Shown here one piece after another: positions 12,097 to 25,319 of a DNA stretch of 61,085 nt. Each line of letters begins with the position of its first letter. The first letter of the stretch is position 1. Under the pieces are notes generated by a model that did no database searches, had not been told where the DNA came from, and saw only the letters and a program-made list of their open reading frames with translations. Source of the stretch: Octopus bimaculoides (taxonomy: Eukaryota); the NCBI RefSeq assembly GCF_001194135.2, contig NC_068983.1:44507336-44568420 (forward strand), read 5' to 3'. The translations under genes and the position numbers were made by a program.

Positions 12097-13327
12097 GTAA
12101 GTATATATTGTTATTTTATTTTATTTTATTTTATTTTTATTTCATCCTTGCATTGTTACCGGCGTCTTGGGTCTTTGTGGTTAATTAAAAAAATCATTAT
12201 TGTTGCTGTCGATGAGACTTGCTCGGTACCAGGTGGGGTTCGACTTAAGCAAATGTCGGCATACCCCTCAGAACTGTCAAAATTCGATCGTATGGGACCG
12301 TATGATTGTCTCATCTCCCACAAAATTTCTTGTCATGTATTTATGTAAGGGATCGTCATTATTATTGTTATTCACCTTAGGTTGTAGTTATTCAGCCCTA
12401 CATATGATTAAAGTCGTTTCAACCATGGCCATCGTATCTTTTTCTCTGACATTCTCTGTTGCACGTTTCAAGCATTTGATTGTGGCCATGCTGGAGCAAC
12501 GCCAGTGGTCGAAGAAATCGACACATGGTCAGAGGCACTCAGTCACAATCATCTGATCTTTTTTTTTATGTGAGACACAGGCGTGACTGTGTAGTAAGAA
12601 ATCTGCTTCACAACCATATAGTTTTGGGTTCAGTCCCACTACACAGCCTATAGTCTCAGGCCAACCAAAGTCTTGTAAATGGACTTAGTACATCAAAACT
12701 GAAAGAAGCGCATTATGTGTGAAGGCAGATTGTTTAGAGCATCAGGCTTACAATCATGAGGTTATGAATTCAATTCCTGGACCAAGCTGTATGTTGTATT
12801 CTTGAGCAAGGCACTTTATTTCATATTGCTCCAGTTCACTTAGCTTTTGAAATGGATTGTTACATCACTGGTGCCAAGCTATATCGGCCTTTGTGTTTCC
12901 TTTGGATAACATCAGTGACATGGAGTGGAGAGGCTGGTATGCATGGGTGACTGCTGGTCTTCCACAAACCATCTTGCTCATACTTGTACCTTGAAGGGGA
13001 ACTTTCAAGATGATCATTTTGTAAAGTGACTGATGTTAGGAAGTGCATCTGGCCGTAGAAACCTTGCCAAAGCATATGGTAGAGCTTGGCACAGTCTTTT
13101 GATTTGTCAAACCATCCAGCTGATGCCAGCATGGAAGGAGGACATTAAAGGATAATGTATGTTACTGGCTCCTTGTCTTACCAGTGTCCTTCATTGCCAA
13201 TCTGCCATAAAGTCATGTCTGACCATGTAAAAATATTACCTTAGAAATAAGTGAGGGTTAGCAACAAGAGGGACATCCAGCTGTAGAAAATCTACCTTTC
13301 TTGTAAGAATGGAAAAGTGATCATTAA

Positions 13328-14062
13328 CCCTGTAGCATTTAAACCAGCCACATCCAGCTTAAATATTGTACCTGTTTTGTGTTCAAACCTGCCAGATCTG
13401 CCTTCTCATTAGCATGCTGGGTGAAATGCTTAGCGGTATTTTGTCTGCTACTACGCTCTGAGTTCAAATTCCGCCGAGGTAGACTTTGCCTTTCATCCTT
13501 TTGGGGTCGATTAAAAAAGTACCAGTTACACACTGGGGTCGATATAATTGACTTAATCCGTTTGTCTGTCCTTGTTTGTCCCCTCTGTGTGTAGCCCCTT
13601 GTGGGCAGTAAAGAAGTAAGATTTGGCTTCTCATTCATACTCTACAACAGGGGTTTTCAAACTGTGGTCCGCAGACCACAGGGGGTCCGCAAGGGCAAGA
13701 CGGGGTTCCTGCAGAGCCAAGCAAGCACATCCTTCTCATTAAGTACGTATTAAAAAAATCCTGTGTGTATAATTGACAATAAACCTATTTGTTAAATACT
13801 GTTAAATAAATAAATGTAAGAATATATGTTATTTTAAGCAAATATTTATGTATAAATTTCATAAGCGTTTATAAGGGTAAAGCCTGAAATATAAAGGGGT
13901 CTGCAAGTCAAAAAGTTTGAAAACCCCTGCTCTACAATGTCGTTCAAGAAATAAACAATCCCATTGTCAAAATTTTGAAGCTATGACATAATGCATGATT
14001 AATTCAAAACTATGTGGATAAATAAGCATTACATTTGACAGAGTAATCTGGATGCTAAAGAG
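13328..14062. mobile_element. piggyBac-like (TTAA-flanked) MITE carrying a nested SINE and a hAT MITE
   Basis: TTAA-CCCTGTAGCATTT ... GATGCTAAAGAG-TTAA; an uninterrupted relative lies at about 39425-39642. Confidence 0.6.
13648..13929. mobile_element. hAT-type MITE with 8-bp TSD CTCTACAA
   Basis: Perfect 16-bp TIR CAGGGGTTTTCAAACT / AGTTTGAAAACCCCTG; identical 8-bp flanks. Confidence 0.9.
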
Positions 14063-14162
14063 TTAAAAGGATGATCATGATGGACTCCATCAGTGGTTGT
14101 CAACCATTTCTAACCTATTGATTCCCATTTTACTCAGGTGGACCCTCATAGCCATCCAGTAC

Positions 14163-14560
14163 TCTTTTACTTGTTTCAGTCATTTGACTGCGGCCATGCT
14201 GGAGCACCGTCTTTAGTCGAGCAAATCGACCCCCAGGACTTCTTCTTTATAAGCCTAGCACTTATTCTATCGGTTTCTTATTGCTGAACCGCTAAGTTAC
14301 GGGGACGTAAACACACCAGCATCGGTTGTCAAGCGATGGTGGGGGGACAAACACAGACACACAAACACACATGCATATATATGTATATATATACGTATAT
14401 ACGACGGGCTTCTTTCAGTTTCTGTCTACCAAATCCACTCACAAGGCTTTGGTCGGCCCGAGGCTATAGTAGAAGAAACTTGCCGAAGGTGCCACGCAGT
14501 GGGACTGAACCCGGAACCATGTGGTTGGTAAGCAAGCTACTTACCACACAGCCACTCCTG
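14163..14560 (-). mobile_element. tRNA-head SINE family B. Other copies: 17100-17325, 25801-26340, 36758-36916, 55010-55382, 60815-61020 (-); 31245-31570 (+)
   Basis: Shared GGCTGTGTGGTAAG...GGGTTCAGTCCCACTGCGTGGCACC...CTATAGCC...GGACAAACAC...GACTGAAACAAGTAAAAGAG. Confidence 0.85.
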
Positions 14561-16062
14561 CACCAATGTTTAAAAAATCTTATTTTATTTTCATAATTGA
14601 ATATTATTAGGAATTGTATAAAAAAAAATTTTTTAAGTATTTTGTGTACTGTAGGAGTGTAACCAATTTATTGCACAGATTTTCACAATGGAATCTCATG
14701 TGGACCCCTAAGGGTCATAAGAACGCCGGTTAAGAGCCAAGTACCATTGGACTACATTGTTCAATGTAGGCTGTGTGGTTTGAGGGAAATTTGGCTGTAC
14801 TTTCTAGTAAGTTGAGTAACCTCCTAATGACTCGCTTTTTGACTCAAAATGGCAGATGTCAGAATCAATAGAGTATCTAAAATAAACTGGGTGATCACAG
14901 CTGAAATTGATTATAGATCTCTTTGATCAGGGTTGGCCTGTATTAAACAACCACAACTTATTCTTTTATGCTTCTAGATATTAAAGTTCACATTTTACTG
15001 GGATCAACTTGGCCTTTCTTACCTTTCAAAATTTGAAATATTAACTCAAATCCCACCTTGCAATTTGTGAGCCTTCCGTGCCACTCTAAGAAACCATTAA
15101 TAGACTGGTAGTATTATTCGAGCATCAGACAAAATGCTCTGCAGTTTCTTCTGGTTCTTTACATAACGACTTTCAATCCCACCGAGATCAACTTTGCCTT
15201 TCATCTTTTCAGGGTTGATAAAATAAAGTACCAGTCAAGTACTGGAGCCGATATAATCAACTAGCAACTCCACAAAGCTTCAGGCCTTGTGCCAATACAC
15301 CCTCTCCTCAACTTACGACCTATGTGATTTATGGCCATCTGCACTTATGACTGAAAAGTATAAGTAAATGAAATAATAAATAAATAAATAATCGATTTTG
15401 GACGTTGGGCATCTGCACATATGGTAGCTATGGTTGCATCTGGCAATGCAGACTTCTCTCAAACCCAGGCATCCACTGCCTGCCAGTCTCTCACTCAGTC
15501 ACTTTCAAGCATCAGCTGTATTTGAATGAAAAATACAAATCCAATATGCAACCAGATCAACTAACAACTTTGCAGTCAGAAAGGAACTTGGTCGTAAGTC
15601 GAAAAGAAGGAATATTGGTTTCAGATTTTGGCACAAGGCCAGCAATTACAGGGGAAGTAACTCAATTACCCCCCNNNNNNNNNNNNNNNNNNNNNNNNNN
15701 NNNNNNNNNNNNNNNNNNNNNNNNNNNNNNNNNNNNNNNNNNNNNNNNNNNNNNNNNNNNNNNNNNNNNNNNNNNNNNNNNNNNNNNNNNNNNNNNNNNN
15801 NNNNNNNNNNNNNNNNNNNNNNNNNNNNNNNCAGCTGACAATTGTCACCATACTGGACAAAATGCATGTTTTCCAGTTCTGAGTTAATATACTGCTGGGG
15901 GTGACTTTGCTTTTCATCCTTTCAGGTTCAATAAAATAAGTACAAGTAAGTGACTACATTTTTCACCTAAAGTGGCTGATTTTGTACCAAATCAACATAA
16001 AGAAAGGAATGAAAAGTTTGAAGCATGATTTTTTCTTTTCTTTTTACCTCTTTTCTTTCTAG

Positions 16063-16169
16063 CTTCCATTTGGCCTCCCCAAAATTTTACCAACTTGGAA
16101 AAAAGATCTAGAAAAATATGTTGAACATCCAGAAAGTCTTCCAATTCATGATTTCAAGAAGCATCAAAA
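16063..16169 (+). CDS. SKIV2L: SKIV2L exon 2 (LPFGLPKILPTWKKDLEKYVEHPESLPIHDFKKHQ)
   Basis: Polypyrimidine tract plus TAG acceptor, GTAAGT donor, phase 0 to 2; LPxGLP motif. Confidence 0.9.
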
Positions 16170-16771
16170 GTAAGTCTTGCCAGCTTTGGTTAAACTGTCC
16201 AACCCATGCCAGCATGGACAACGGATGCTAAATGATGATGATGATGATGATATATATTGTGATGAAAAAGAAATAAATAAAAATAATAATATTAACTTCC
16301 ATTGGAAGTCAATCTCAAAGGGAGAGATGTTGTGGTAAGAGTCATTGACACCCCTGGGGGATTGGAAGAATGGACAAGCCGAACTCTTATAAAGAGTAGA
16401 GGTCAGTAGTAGTCGGGTAGAGAGCATTTTGGTAGTGCCATGAAGTATGTTGTGTGAACACATTGATTAAACCTCCGCTACCTAAATTTGTATATACCCA
16501 CCTCTGGAAGGATATAAAATATATGTTTATATTTATGTGTCTCTCTGTCGGTGTTGGTCAGTTTACATTTCTGCAGCTTAGCAGCTCGGCAGAACAGAAT
16601 AATTAAATAAGTACTAGACTTAAAAAAAAAAAATAAGTCGTGGGGTCAATTTGTTTAGCTAAACCCTTCAAGGCAGTAGTGGGCTGTGGAAATAAATGGA
16701 TGGATGGGTTTTGTTTTTCTTTTTTTTAAAGCAAAGTGCATCAGTAAATTTTTCTTTTTATGGTTTTGCAG

Positions 16772-16889
16772 ATATTGGCCCAGGACAAAACATTCAGAGA
16801 ACTTACTGGAAATGGATGTCACTCCAGTGCAGACAACCATCACAGTTGAACGAAACCCAACAACAGGAAAACTTCTCGGTTACCAAGAG
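16772..16889 (+). CDS. SKIV2L: SKIV2L exon 3 (YWPRTKHSENLLEMDVTPVQTTITVERNPTTGKLLGYQE)
   Basis: RNPTTGKLLGYQE matches human RHPTTGQILGYKE; CAG acceptor and GT donor. Confidence 0.93.
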
Positions 16890-17402
16890 GTGAATATATA
16901 ATTTCCATGTGTCATAAATACAAAACTCAATATAGTGTCTCAGAAACTATAGGGATGCTAAGAGGTTTGGCTGGATTCTTGACACGCTAAAAATAGCAAC
17001 CAAATCTTCCTCTGATCTCATGCTACCAATTTCAAAAAAAAAAGCACATTGAATAATGTAGATCTGGTTTCCATGGACATTGGGAAAAAGGATAGCATGG
17101 CCACACCACCATCGGTTGTCAAGCAATGTTGGGGGGACAAACACAGACACACACATATATATATATATATACATATATACGACAGGCTTCTTTCAGTTTC
17201 CGTCTACCAAATCCACTCACAAGGCTTTGGTCGGCCTGAGGCTATAGTAGAAGACACTTGCCCAAGTTGCCACACAGTGGGACTGAACCCGGAACCATGT
17301 GGTTGGTAAGCAAGCTACTTAACACACGGTTCAGATTATTTATTTTTGTCAAAAGAAATGTACCTACTTTAACGCACTGTATCTTACTTTTGATTATTTC
17401 AG

Positions 17403-17517
17403 GAGTTACTCACAAACACCATGTCTACAATTAAGAATTCTATGTCATTCAAAAGACCTCCAGGGCCACCAACACAGGATGTCAGAGGTTGTGCCACAAA
17501 CTATCCATTTTGGCCAG
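17403..17517 (+). CDS. SKIV2L: SKIV2L exon 4 (ELLTNTMSTIKNSMSFKRPPGPPTQDVRGCATNYPFWP)
   Basis: Conserved RPPGP and YPFWPG; canonical splice sites; ends in phase 1. Confidence 0.95.
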
Positions 17518-18854
17518 GTATGTATTTATTTGGCAACTGATAGTTTGAAGAATTTCCTTTATTCTTGTTTACTTCCATTCTTGTAGAGTCATTGCCATAT
17601 TGGTTCTCAAACTGATCTGTAAATGAAGCCTAGTACAATTGGCATATATTTACATGAAACTTAAGTAGTTTTTTTCTGTATCCTGAGTACTGTATAAAGA
17701 CCCCTTCTAACACTTCCATTTACATGTTAAAAATTATCCATACAATAAGAACTTAAGGGCTCCTATACATGGAATTATACTATAGATTTATATGGATACC
17801 TAGTGTGCCGGTGGCACATAAAAAGCACCATTCGAGTGTGATCATTGCCAGTGTCGCCTTATTAGCACATATGTCAGTGGCACGTGAAAAAACAACATCC
17901 GAGCGTGGTCATTGCCAGTGCCGCTGGACTGGCTTCCGTGCAGGTGGAACATAAAAAATACCTTTGAGTGTGGCTGTTGCCAGTACTGCTTGACTGGCCC
18001 TCATACCAGTGGCATGTAAAAGCACCCACTACACTCTCAGAGTGGTTGGCGTTAGGAAGGGCATCCAGCTGTAGAAACTTTGCCAGATCAGATTGGAGCC
18101 TGGTGCAGTCTTCTGGCTCACCTGCTTTCAGCCAAACCATCCAACCCATGGAAAGCAGACGTTAAACAACGATGATGATGAATGTGTAAGATTAGCAATA
18201 AACATAATGGGAGTTGAGTGCTTTACAGATTCATGTATTATAGTACCATCATGGATCTATACTGTACTGCCCATTAAAAATCAGCTACAATTGTAGTTCC
18301 AATATGAAGGCACTTATTGCCAACAAGCCTGTTGAGTATGACAATCTGGTTTGCCCATATAAGATCAACACTTACCCTTTAAGTTAAGCATGCTTCGTGA
18401 TATCAGCTGAAGTGATCTCAGCCATACCAAATTAGATAGTTGAAAAGTAAGATTATATAGGAATTCTATGTTGTTCACCAGCCATATTTGGAAAATAAGG
18501 GAAGAGAAGGCCCTTGAAAGTTTGAAACCATTTATTAACAACAGAAAGGGCACATTTTATATATAGAGTTTTAAAAATCTTAACAAACTACCTGAACATA
18601 AGAAATGAAATATTTAGTAAATACTCCCATACAGCAAAATATAGTCTGACCCAGTGGAAAATTTCACCATATCCATACTGGCCTTTCACCCACTTTTAAA
18701 AAAATAATCCTGGGAGCTGCTTGTTGAAAATTTTCCATGTAATAACAGATATGTACACATACACACACACACTTATACGTACGTACACACACACATGTAT
18801 ATATATATATATATATATGTATGCTAGCATGGAAAGCGGACGTTAAATGATGAC

Positions 18855-18887
<33 letters not shown>

Positions 18888-18993
18888 GTGTGTGTGTGTA
18901 TGAGGATGAAAGTCAATACAATAATGCAATGATTTCATGCCAGCAGTTTATACTGATTACATTTTGCTTGTATTTCTTGGTGCTTTGTTTCAG

Positions 18994-19068
18994 GTGGTAT
19001 GGATAAAATTCCAAGCTACAAAGGTCTAATTGCCAAAGGAAAGTATGACGTGATAGACTTTGAAAAAA
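18994..19068 (+). CDS. SKIV2L: SKIV2L exon 5 (GGMDKIPSYKGLIAKGKYDVIDFEK)
   Basis: GGMD and IDFEK are conserved; phase 1 to 1; TTTCAG acceptor and GTAAGT donor. Confidence 0.9.
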
Positions 19069-20346
19069 GTAAGTTTTCTTTATTGTAGTTTAAACTGCTA
19101 AAAATCTCTGCAGCTGGTTTATTTCACTTAGAGACCAGTGTTCTTAGGTCTTTGTCAAGGTCACCTTTTACCAATAACAGAAGCATCTAAATGATAATTC
19201 AACATGCTAGAAATAGCAGTCAAACTTCTGCCTTAATCATACTCTATCATCTTTAACAATGTAATAATATATTATGTAATGTAGTCCTATACAATCATTC
19301 AAAAGAAGGAATGGTCCCTAATGGAATGTCTTTGATCTTAGGCAGTGGCAGCAGTCATTGTTGTCATCAGCACAAAAGCACAGTCACAGACTTTGTAATA
19401 GAAACAGTTTTGTACCTCACATTCTCTGGTCTTGGACAACACACAAATAATACTTACAAAACTACAAATGCTGGACTTCAGAATCTCTGATGATCTTTCT
19501 TGGTAACCCTCTACATTGAAGTAGCAAGAAAAAAAAAACCGACCAGTATGGAGAAAGCTTATCAAGTCATGCCAAAGACATGAACAGTCTTAATCACAAG
19601 GACCAACTGCAAATAATAATAAATAGCATAGGTGAAGGCATGTGGTTCCTGGACCAGGCTGTGTGTTGTGTTCTTGAGCAAGACACTTTATTTCACGTAG
19701 CTCCAGTTCACTCATCTGTAGAAATGAGTTGCAACATCACTGGTGCCAAGCTGTATAGGTGTTTACCTTTCCCTTGGATAACATCGGTGGTATGGAGACG
19801 GGATGCTGGTATGTATGGGCAATTACTGGTCTTCCATAAACAACCTTACCCAGACTTGTGCCTCGGAGGGGAACTTTCTAAGTGCAATCTCATGGTCATT
19901 CATGACCAAAGGGGGTCTTTACCATTTTTAATATAATAATAATTCATATATATAGATACCATTTTAACCATCTTTTTTCCCAGTCCTTCTTTACTCGAAC
20001 ATCATCCCTTATGCTCCTGTTCACCCAGCTGTAAACAACTAACCCTGCAATGGACTTTAATCCTGTTCAGGGGAAATATTGTGATCTTGGTTATTTATTC
20101 ACCATGGGAATCAGATAACTGGACCCATGAATCCTAGGCTTTAAGACAGTAGTGTCTAGGAGTTGACGATGATGCTTTTTTTCTGAAGATGTTGACTCTC
20201 CTAGGAGCTATAAAGGTTATGAGCAATGTCCTTTTCTCTTAGTAAACCTATTAAAAAAAAAAAAGACTTTACTTGCCTCAGTCTGCTTGGTTGACAAGTA
20301 CCCTACCTGAATTGTTATTAATTTTATCCGGTTTCTTTATTTATAG

Positions 20347-20708
20347 ATTTACTTTACAATGCCCCTGGTCTCAAGGCTGGCATGGATTATGATGGCGAGG
20401 TACCTAAGGAAATTCCAGCTGCCCCAGAAATATATGTTGAAAAGGAATCAGATGAACCTGTCATTCCTCTAGTTGAAGCACCAAGCACTACAGAAGATAC
20501 AGGAAAAGAAAAGGCTGCATCACCACCTCCAAAAGAAGTTTCAGATGAAAATAAAGAACAACAGCCACCACCTGCTGAAGATTCAAACAAAATAGAAACA
20601 GCTAAACAGTATTTGAAATTAACCGATCTCTTTGCACCAAGTGATGACCTTCTATCTGATGACCAGTTTCAGTTCCGGAAACCAACAAAGGAACATATTG
20701 AGACTGAG
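20347..20708 (+). CDS. SKIV2L: SKIV2L exon 6 (LLYNAPGLKAGMDY followed by an acidic/Pro-rich linker)
   Basis: Start matches DLLTIPPGFKKGMDF; 362-nt open frame; GTAGGC donor; phase 1 to 0. Confidence 0.88.
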
Positions 20709-20759
20709 GTAGGCAGACAAATTTAAAAGTAGATTTATATTCTAGTTTTTACTTATGGT

Positions 20760-21100
20760 TGTGAATGTTCGTGGCTCAGTGGTTAGAACACCAGGCTTAC
20801 AACCGTGAGATTGTGAGTTCAATTCACAGACTAGGCTGTGTGTTGTGTTCTTGAGCAAGACACTTTATTTCACGTTGCTTTTTAGTTCACTCAGGTGTAG
20901 AAATGAGTTGCGACGTCACTGGTGCCAAGTTGTATCGGCCTTTGCCTTGGATAACATTGGTGGGTTGAAAAGAAGGGGCTGGTATGCATGAGTGACTCCT
21001 GGTCTTCCATAAACAACCTTTGCCCGGACTTGTGTCTTGGAGGGTAACTTTCTAGGTGCAATCCCATGGTCATTCATGAATGAAGGGGTCTTTACCCTTT
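20760..21100 (+). mobile_element. tRNA-head SINE family D. Other copies: about 12715-13020, 19630-19925 (+); 54600-54925 (-)
   Basis: Shared TTCTTGAGCAAGACACTTTATTTCACG...CACTGGTGCCAAG...CATGGTCATTCATGA. Confidence 0.8.
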
Positions 21101-21353
21101 TACTTATAGTTATTTCTGAGAATTTTGGTGCAAGCATGGCTATATAGTTAAGAAGCTTGCTTTGAAAGCAAGGGGTTTTGGGTTCAATTCCCCTGTGCAG
21201 CACCTTGGGCAAGTCTCTTCTTCTAAAGCCCCAGGCCAATGATTCAGCCACTCTCCCAACTACAGAGCAACATGAAATGAAGAAAACAGCTCACATATGT
21301 TATATAAAATTACAGCTTGTGAATTAAAAGATTTTTTATTTATTTATTTGTAG

Positions 21354-21413
21354 ACTGTTAATACTAAAACAACCAATATATCTAGAAGTGAAAGTTTAGA
21401 AGAGCTTGTGAAG
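21354..21413 (+). CDS. SKIV2L: SKIV2L exon 7 (TVNTKTTNISRSESLEELVK)
   Basis: RSESLEELV resembles human RASSLEDLV; TTGTAG acceptor and GTAAGT donor; phase 0 to 0. Confidence 0.85.
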
Positions 21414-21479
21414 GTAAGTCTTCTTTCTTTTCTATATATTTTGCTGTTCATTTTTGTTCATAGGTGTGATTGTTTGGTA

Positions 21480-21920
21480 AGAATAGGTGCTTCCATGGGG
21501 CGATAGGAGGAGTGGTGGGTAATCAAGAGTGGCTAATAACTGACATGGCAGTGCCAAGCGATCAACATATCCTCATGAAAGAAAGAGAAAAGATTGATAA
21601 ATACGGAGACCTGAGAATTGAGATCGCTAATATGTGGCAGCTACAAGAGTCAAACATAAAGGTTATCCCTATTGTCATCGGAGCATTGGGTTCAATACCA
21701 CCCAATCTGAAAAAACATCTGAAAACCTTAGAGATACCCCACAATCTAGGTGTATTGCAAAAGTTGGCATTACTTGGAACTGCATGCATAAAGTACTGTC
21801 TGTATAAGGTTCTTGTGACTTGACAAACAGTACAAACCCCCTGGTAGACACAATATCTTAAATCAACAACCTTACGATATTGTATACTGTGATAATTGTA
21901 TACTATGATAATAATAATAA
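21480..21920 (+). mobile_element. R4/Dong-like non-LTR retrotransposon 3' fragment (restriction-like endonuclease domain, 3' UTR, (ATA)n tail)
   Basis: DMAVPSD...KEREKIDKYGDLRIEI...VIPIVIGALG...LQKLALLGTA matches the REL-domain pattern. Confidence 0.75.
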
Positions 21921-22577
21921 TGTTAATCTTTTCTACTATAAGCACAAAACCTGAAATGTTGATGGAGGGGTAAGTTGATTACATCAACCTTCAGTACTCA
22001 ACTGTTGGCCCTGAAAGGGTGGAAGTCAAAGTTGACTTTGAAGGAATTTGAAACCAGAATGTTAAAACTGATGAAATGCCACTAAGTATTTTTCCCAGTG
22101 TGCTAACACTCATGCCAGCTCACCACCTTAATAAGAATAATTATAATCTCTTCTGCTATAGGCACAAGGCCTGAAATTTTGGTGGAGGGGGTCAGTCAAT
22201 TACATCAACCCCAATACTTGACTGGTACTTGTTTTATCAACCCTGAAAAGATGAAAGGCAAAGTCAGCCTTAACAGAATTTTAACTCAGAACATAAAGAC
22301 AGATGATGTAGCACTAAGCATTATGCCCAGTGTGCTAATGGTTCTGCCAACTTACTGCCTTAGTTTTAATAATAATAATTTTGGTTGAGTCAATTATGGT
22401 CCAGTATAAGGTTTTCTTAGAAGCAACAGTAATTGAGAGTAATTAATTCCTTAGGATCAACATCAGGTTATAGAAGGCTTTTTAGCCAGATTTTTTTTCT
22501 TCTAGTTTTTTGTTTGTTTGTTTTTTTGTGGGGTGGGTAGAGTTCAAATTTTCAGAACTCTTATCATCTGTCTCCAG

Positions 22578-22709
22578 GTGAAAGAAGAAAAACCAGAAAC
22601 ACCAGCAGCACCAAAACCTGAAGAAGAAAAAGAGGTTTGGGCTGTAAATATTGATACCAAAACACCTGTAGATGATTTCTACAAAAGGATACCAGTTATG
22701 GCCTATAAG
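22578..22709 (+). CDS. SKIV2L: SKIV2L exon 8 (VKEEKPETP...WAVNIDTKTPVDDFYKRIPVMAYK)
   Basis: Matches WAIPVDATSPVGDFYRLIP; canonical splice sites. Confidence 0.92.
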
Positions 22710-22799
22710 GTAAGACCATTGTTCAGTTTAAATAGTCTATGAAGCAAATGATTAGAAGGGTTAACCCTCACTGTATTTCTAAGCCATTTGGCAATATTG

Positions 22800-23186
22800 A
22801 TCCATATGTGCGCTCTGTCGGTTACGATGACGAGGGTTCCAGTTGATTCGATCAACGGAACAGCCTGTTCGTGAAATTAACGTGCAAGTGGCTGAGCACT
22901 CCACAGACACGTGTACCCTTAACGTAGTTCTCAGGGATATTCAGCCTGACACAGTGTGACAAGGCTGACCCTTTGAAATACAGGCACAACAGAAACAGGA
23001 AGAAAGAGTAAAAGAAAGTTGAGGTGAAAGAGTACAGCAGAGTTCGCCACCATCCCCTGCCGGAGCCTCATGGAACTTTAGGTGTTTTCGCTCAATAAAC
23101 ACTCACAACGCCTAGTCTGGGAATCGAAACCGCGATCCTACGACCGCGAGTCCGCTGCCCTAACCACTGGGCCATTGCGCCTCCAC
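22800..23186 (-). mobile_element. tRNA-derived SINE with a well-preserved head
   Basis: Minus strand: GGCGCAATGGCCCAGTGGTTAGGG...GGTTTCGATTCC (A and B boxes) followed by a non-tRNA body. Confidence 0.7.
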
Positions 23187-23434
23187 GATCCATATGTGCA
23201 CACACATCACATATGCATCACGTCTCTGAACCAACATGATCTTCAGAACTTACCTACCCATGCTTTACACTCCTATATCTTTATTCTGTCTTATATTCAA
23301 AACTTTTGTAGCTTGAAGTTAAACCTTGACACCTTGTCAACATGATCTTTATCTCTCTCTCTCTCTCTCTGCCTGAGGTGGCCATCTATCTCCTCTACAG
23401 CAACACTCTTGTTCCTATCCCATTATCATTCTTT

Positions 23435-23470
<36 letters not shown>

Positions 23471-23675
23471 GCACCCCACTCAGTCAAGGAGGATTTGTCT
23501 TGCAATTTATTTGGTGACCTCCCTAGTGCCAGTATCATGAAAGAAAGCACCCAGCACAGATTGTAAAATAGCTGACATTAGGATGGGCATCCAGAACCAT
23601 GCTAAAGCAGACATTGGAGCTCAATACAGCCCTCCCATGCCAGCATAGAAGACAGGTGTTAAATGATGATGTTGA

Positions 23676-23805
23676 TGACTACTACTACTACTACCACCAC
23701 CACCTGCAAAACCACCACCACCACCACCACTACTACTACTACCACTACTATCACTACTACTACTACTACTACTACTAGTACTACTACTACTACTACTACT
23801 ACTAG
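23676..23805. repeat. (ACT/ACC)n trinucleotide tract just upstream of the exon 9 acceptor
   Basis: Direct observation. Confidence 0.95.
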
Positions 23806-23821
23806 TTCTTTTTACTTCCAG

Positions 23822-23967
23822 TGGCCCTTTGAGCTGGATATCTTCCAAAAGCAAGCTATACTGCGTCTTGAAAATCACGAAAGTGTCTTTGTTGCTGCTC
23901 ATACATCTGCTGGAAAAACTGTAATTGCCGAATATGCCATCGCCTCGTCACTGCGGCATCTCACACG
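23822..23967 (+). CDS. SKIV2L: SKIV2L exon 9, Q motif and Walker A ([14 protein letters not shown]...[14 protein letters not shown])
   Basis: Helicase motifs Q and I; TTCCAG acceptor and GTTAGC donor; ends in phase 2. Confidence 0.97.
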
Positions 23968-24195
23968 GTTAGCCTTACTTTATTTTTATATTAATTGCTT
24001 TCCTTGTAGTTTCCTATTCTTTTGCTGCTGGTTTCAATCATTGGACTGTGTCCTTGCTGGTGCACCACTTCCACTGTCATTTATAGTTGATCATGTCAAC
24101 CACAGTGTTTTTTAGTTCAGCCTTGGTACTTATTTTAATGGTTTTTGTCTCAAAAATGGCCAAGTAATTGTTGGCATAAAAGAATGCAACACTGA

Positions 24196-24455
24196 TTTAT
24201 ACAGACACAAACACTCACACACACACGTGCACAAATACACACACAAACACACACACGTGCACAAATACACACACACACACACATACGCACGCACGTGCAC
24301 ATACACACACACACATACACAAACACATATACATGCAAACACACTCACACATGCGCATATGCACACATACACGCACATACAAACACATACACACATGCAC
24401 ACACACACAGACATACACACATGCACACACGTGCATGTGCACATATATATATATT
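24196..24455. repeat. (CA)n-derived degenerate tract
   Basis: Direct observation. Confidence 0.9.
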
Positions 24456-25271
24456 ACTGTATTGACCAGACTATTGGCTGTTGTTATACACCACTGGTCA
24501 CAATGCACTTCCTCTGATTGTTGTAACTTTTGGATGATGCTACCCTTCTCGTTAGGCAGGCAGGTCAACATTCCCCCTAAATGGATTGTCAATCTGCAGC
24601 AAGGTCACTCGTTTGCAGCTGAATCAAATGGAGCAACATGAAATGAAGTGTTTTGCTCAAGAACACTACACACAGCTGCTCTGGGAATTGAAACCACAAC
24701 CTTACAATCATGAGTGCATCATCTATATTTGAATGTGTGTTTGTATGTAAAAGAATGCAAATAACAAAATCCAATTTTCATATAACCTTTCTTTTCTTTT
24801 GAGAGACAACTGGAAAGAGTTTACATTTAGGTTGTGTACCCAACTCTCGATTTAATGACTTTGATATTTTAGATCGCATGGTGTTGTTCCATATGTACAT
24901 ACATACATACATACATACATACATACATGCATGCATGGCCGGATATTGTTGTTTGAGACAGAGGGGCAAAGGTATGTACCATCATTTTCATAGCAATTTT
25001 CAATGGCCAGATAACTGAAGAGATGGCAGCGTGGGTTTCCGCCCCGGCATCTGAAACTCGGAGTTTTATCATGGCTACCAAATAATTGTCACATATTATA
25101 TTACAGATAAATTCCTCTATTTACATAATATCAAGGTCTCTTTCTTTCTTTCTTTTGTTGTCTTTTCTATCAGTACATACATATATNNNNNNNNNNNNNN
25201 NNNNNNNNNNNNNNNNNNNNNNNNNNNNNNNNNNNNNNNNNNNNNNNNNNNNNNNNNNNNNNNNNNNNNNN

Positions 25272-25304
<33 letters not shown>

Positions 25305-25319
25305 CTTTCTTTTTTTCAG

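Noticed and set aside
23110-23186. tRNA-like sequence (also 47577-47650 and other SINE heads)
   Set aside because: Followed by SINE body with no complete acceptor stem; these are SINE heads, not tRNA genes.
24130-24641. Several VCVC/THTH ORFs (also near 1.1, 4.0 and 25.1 kb)
   Set aside because: Translations of (CA)n/(TG)n and tetranucleotide microsatellites.
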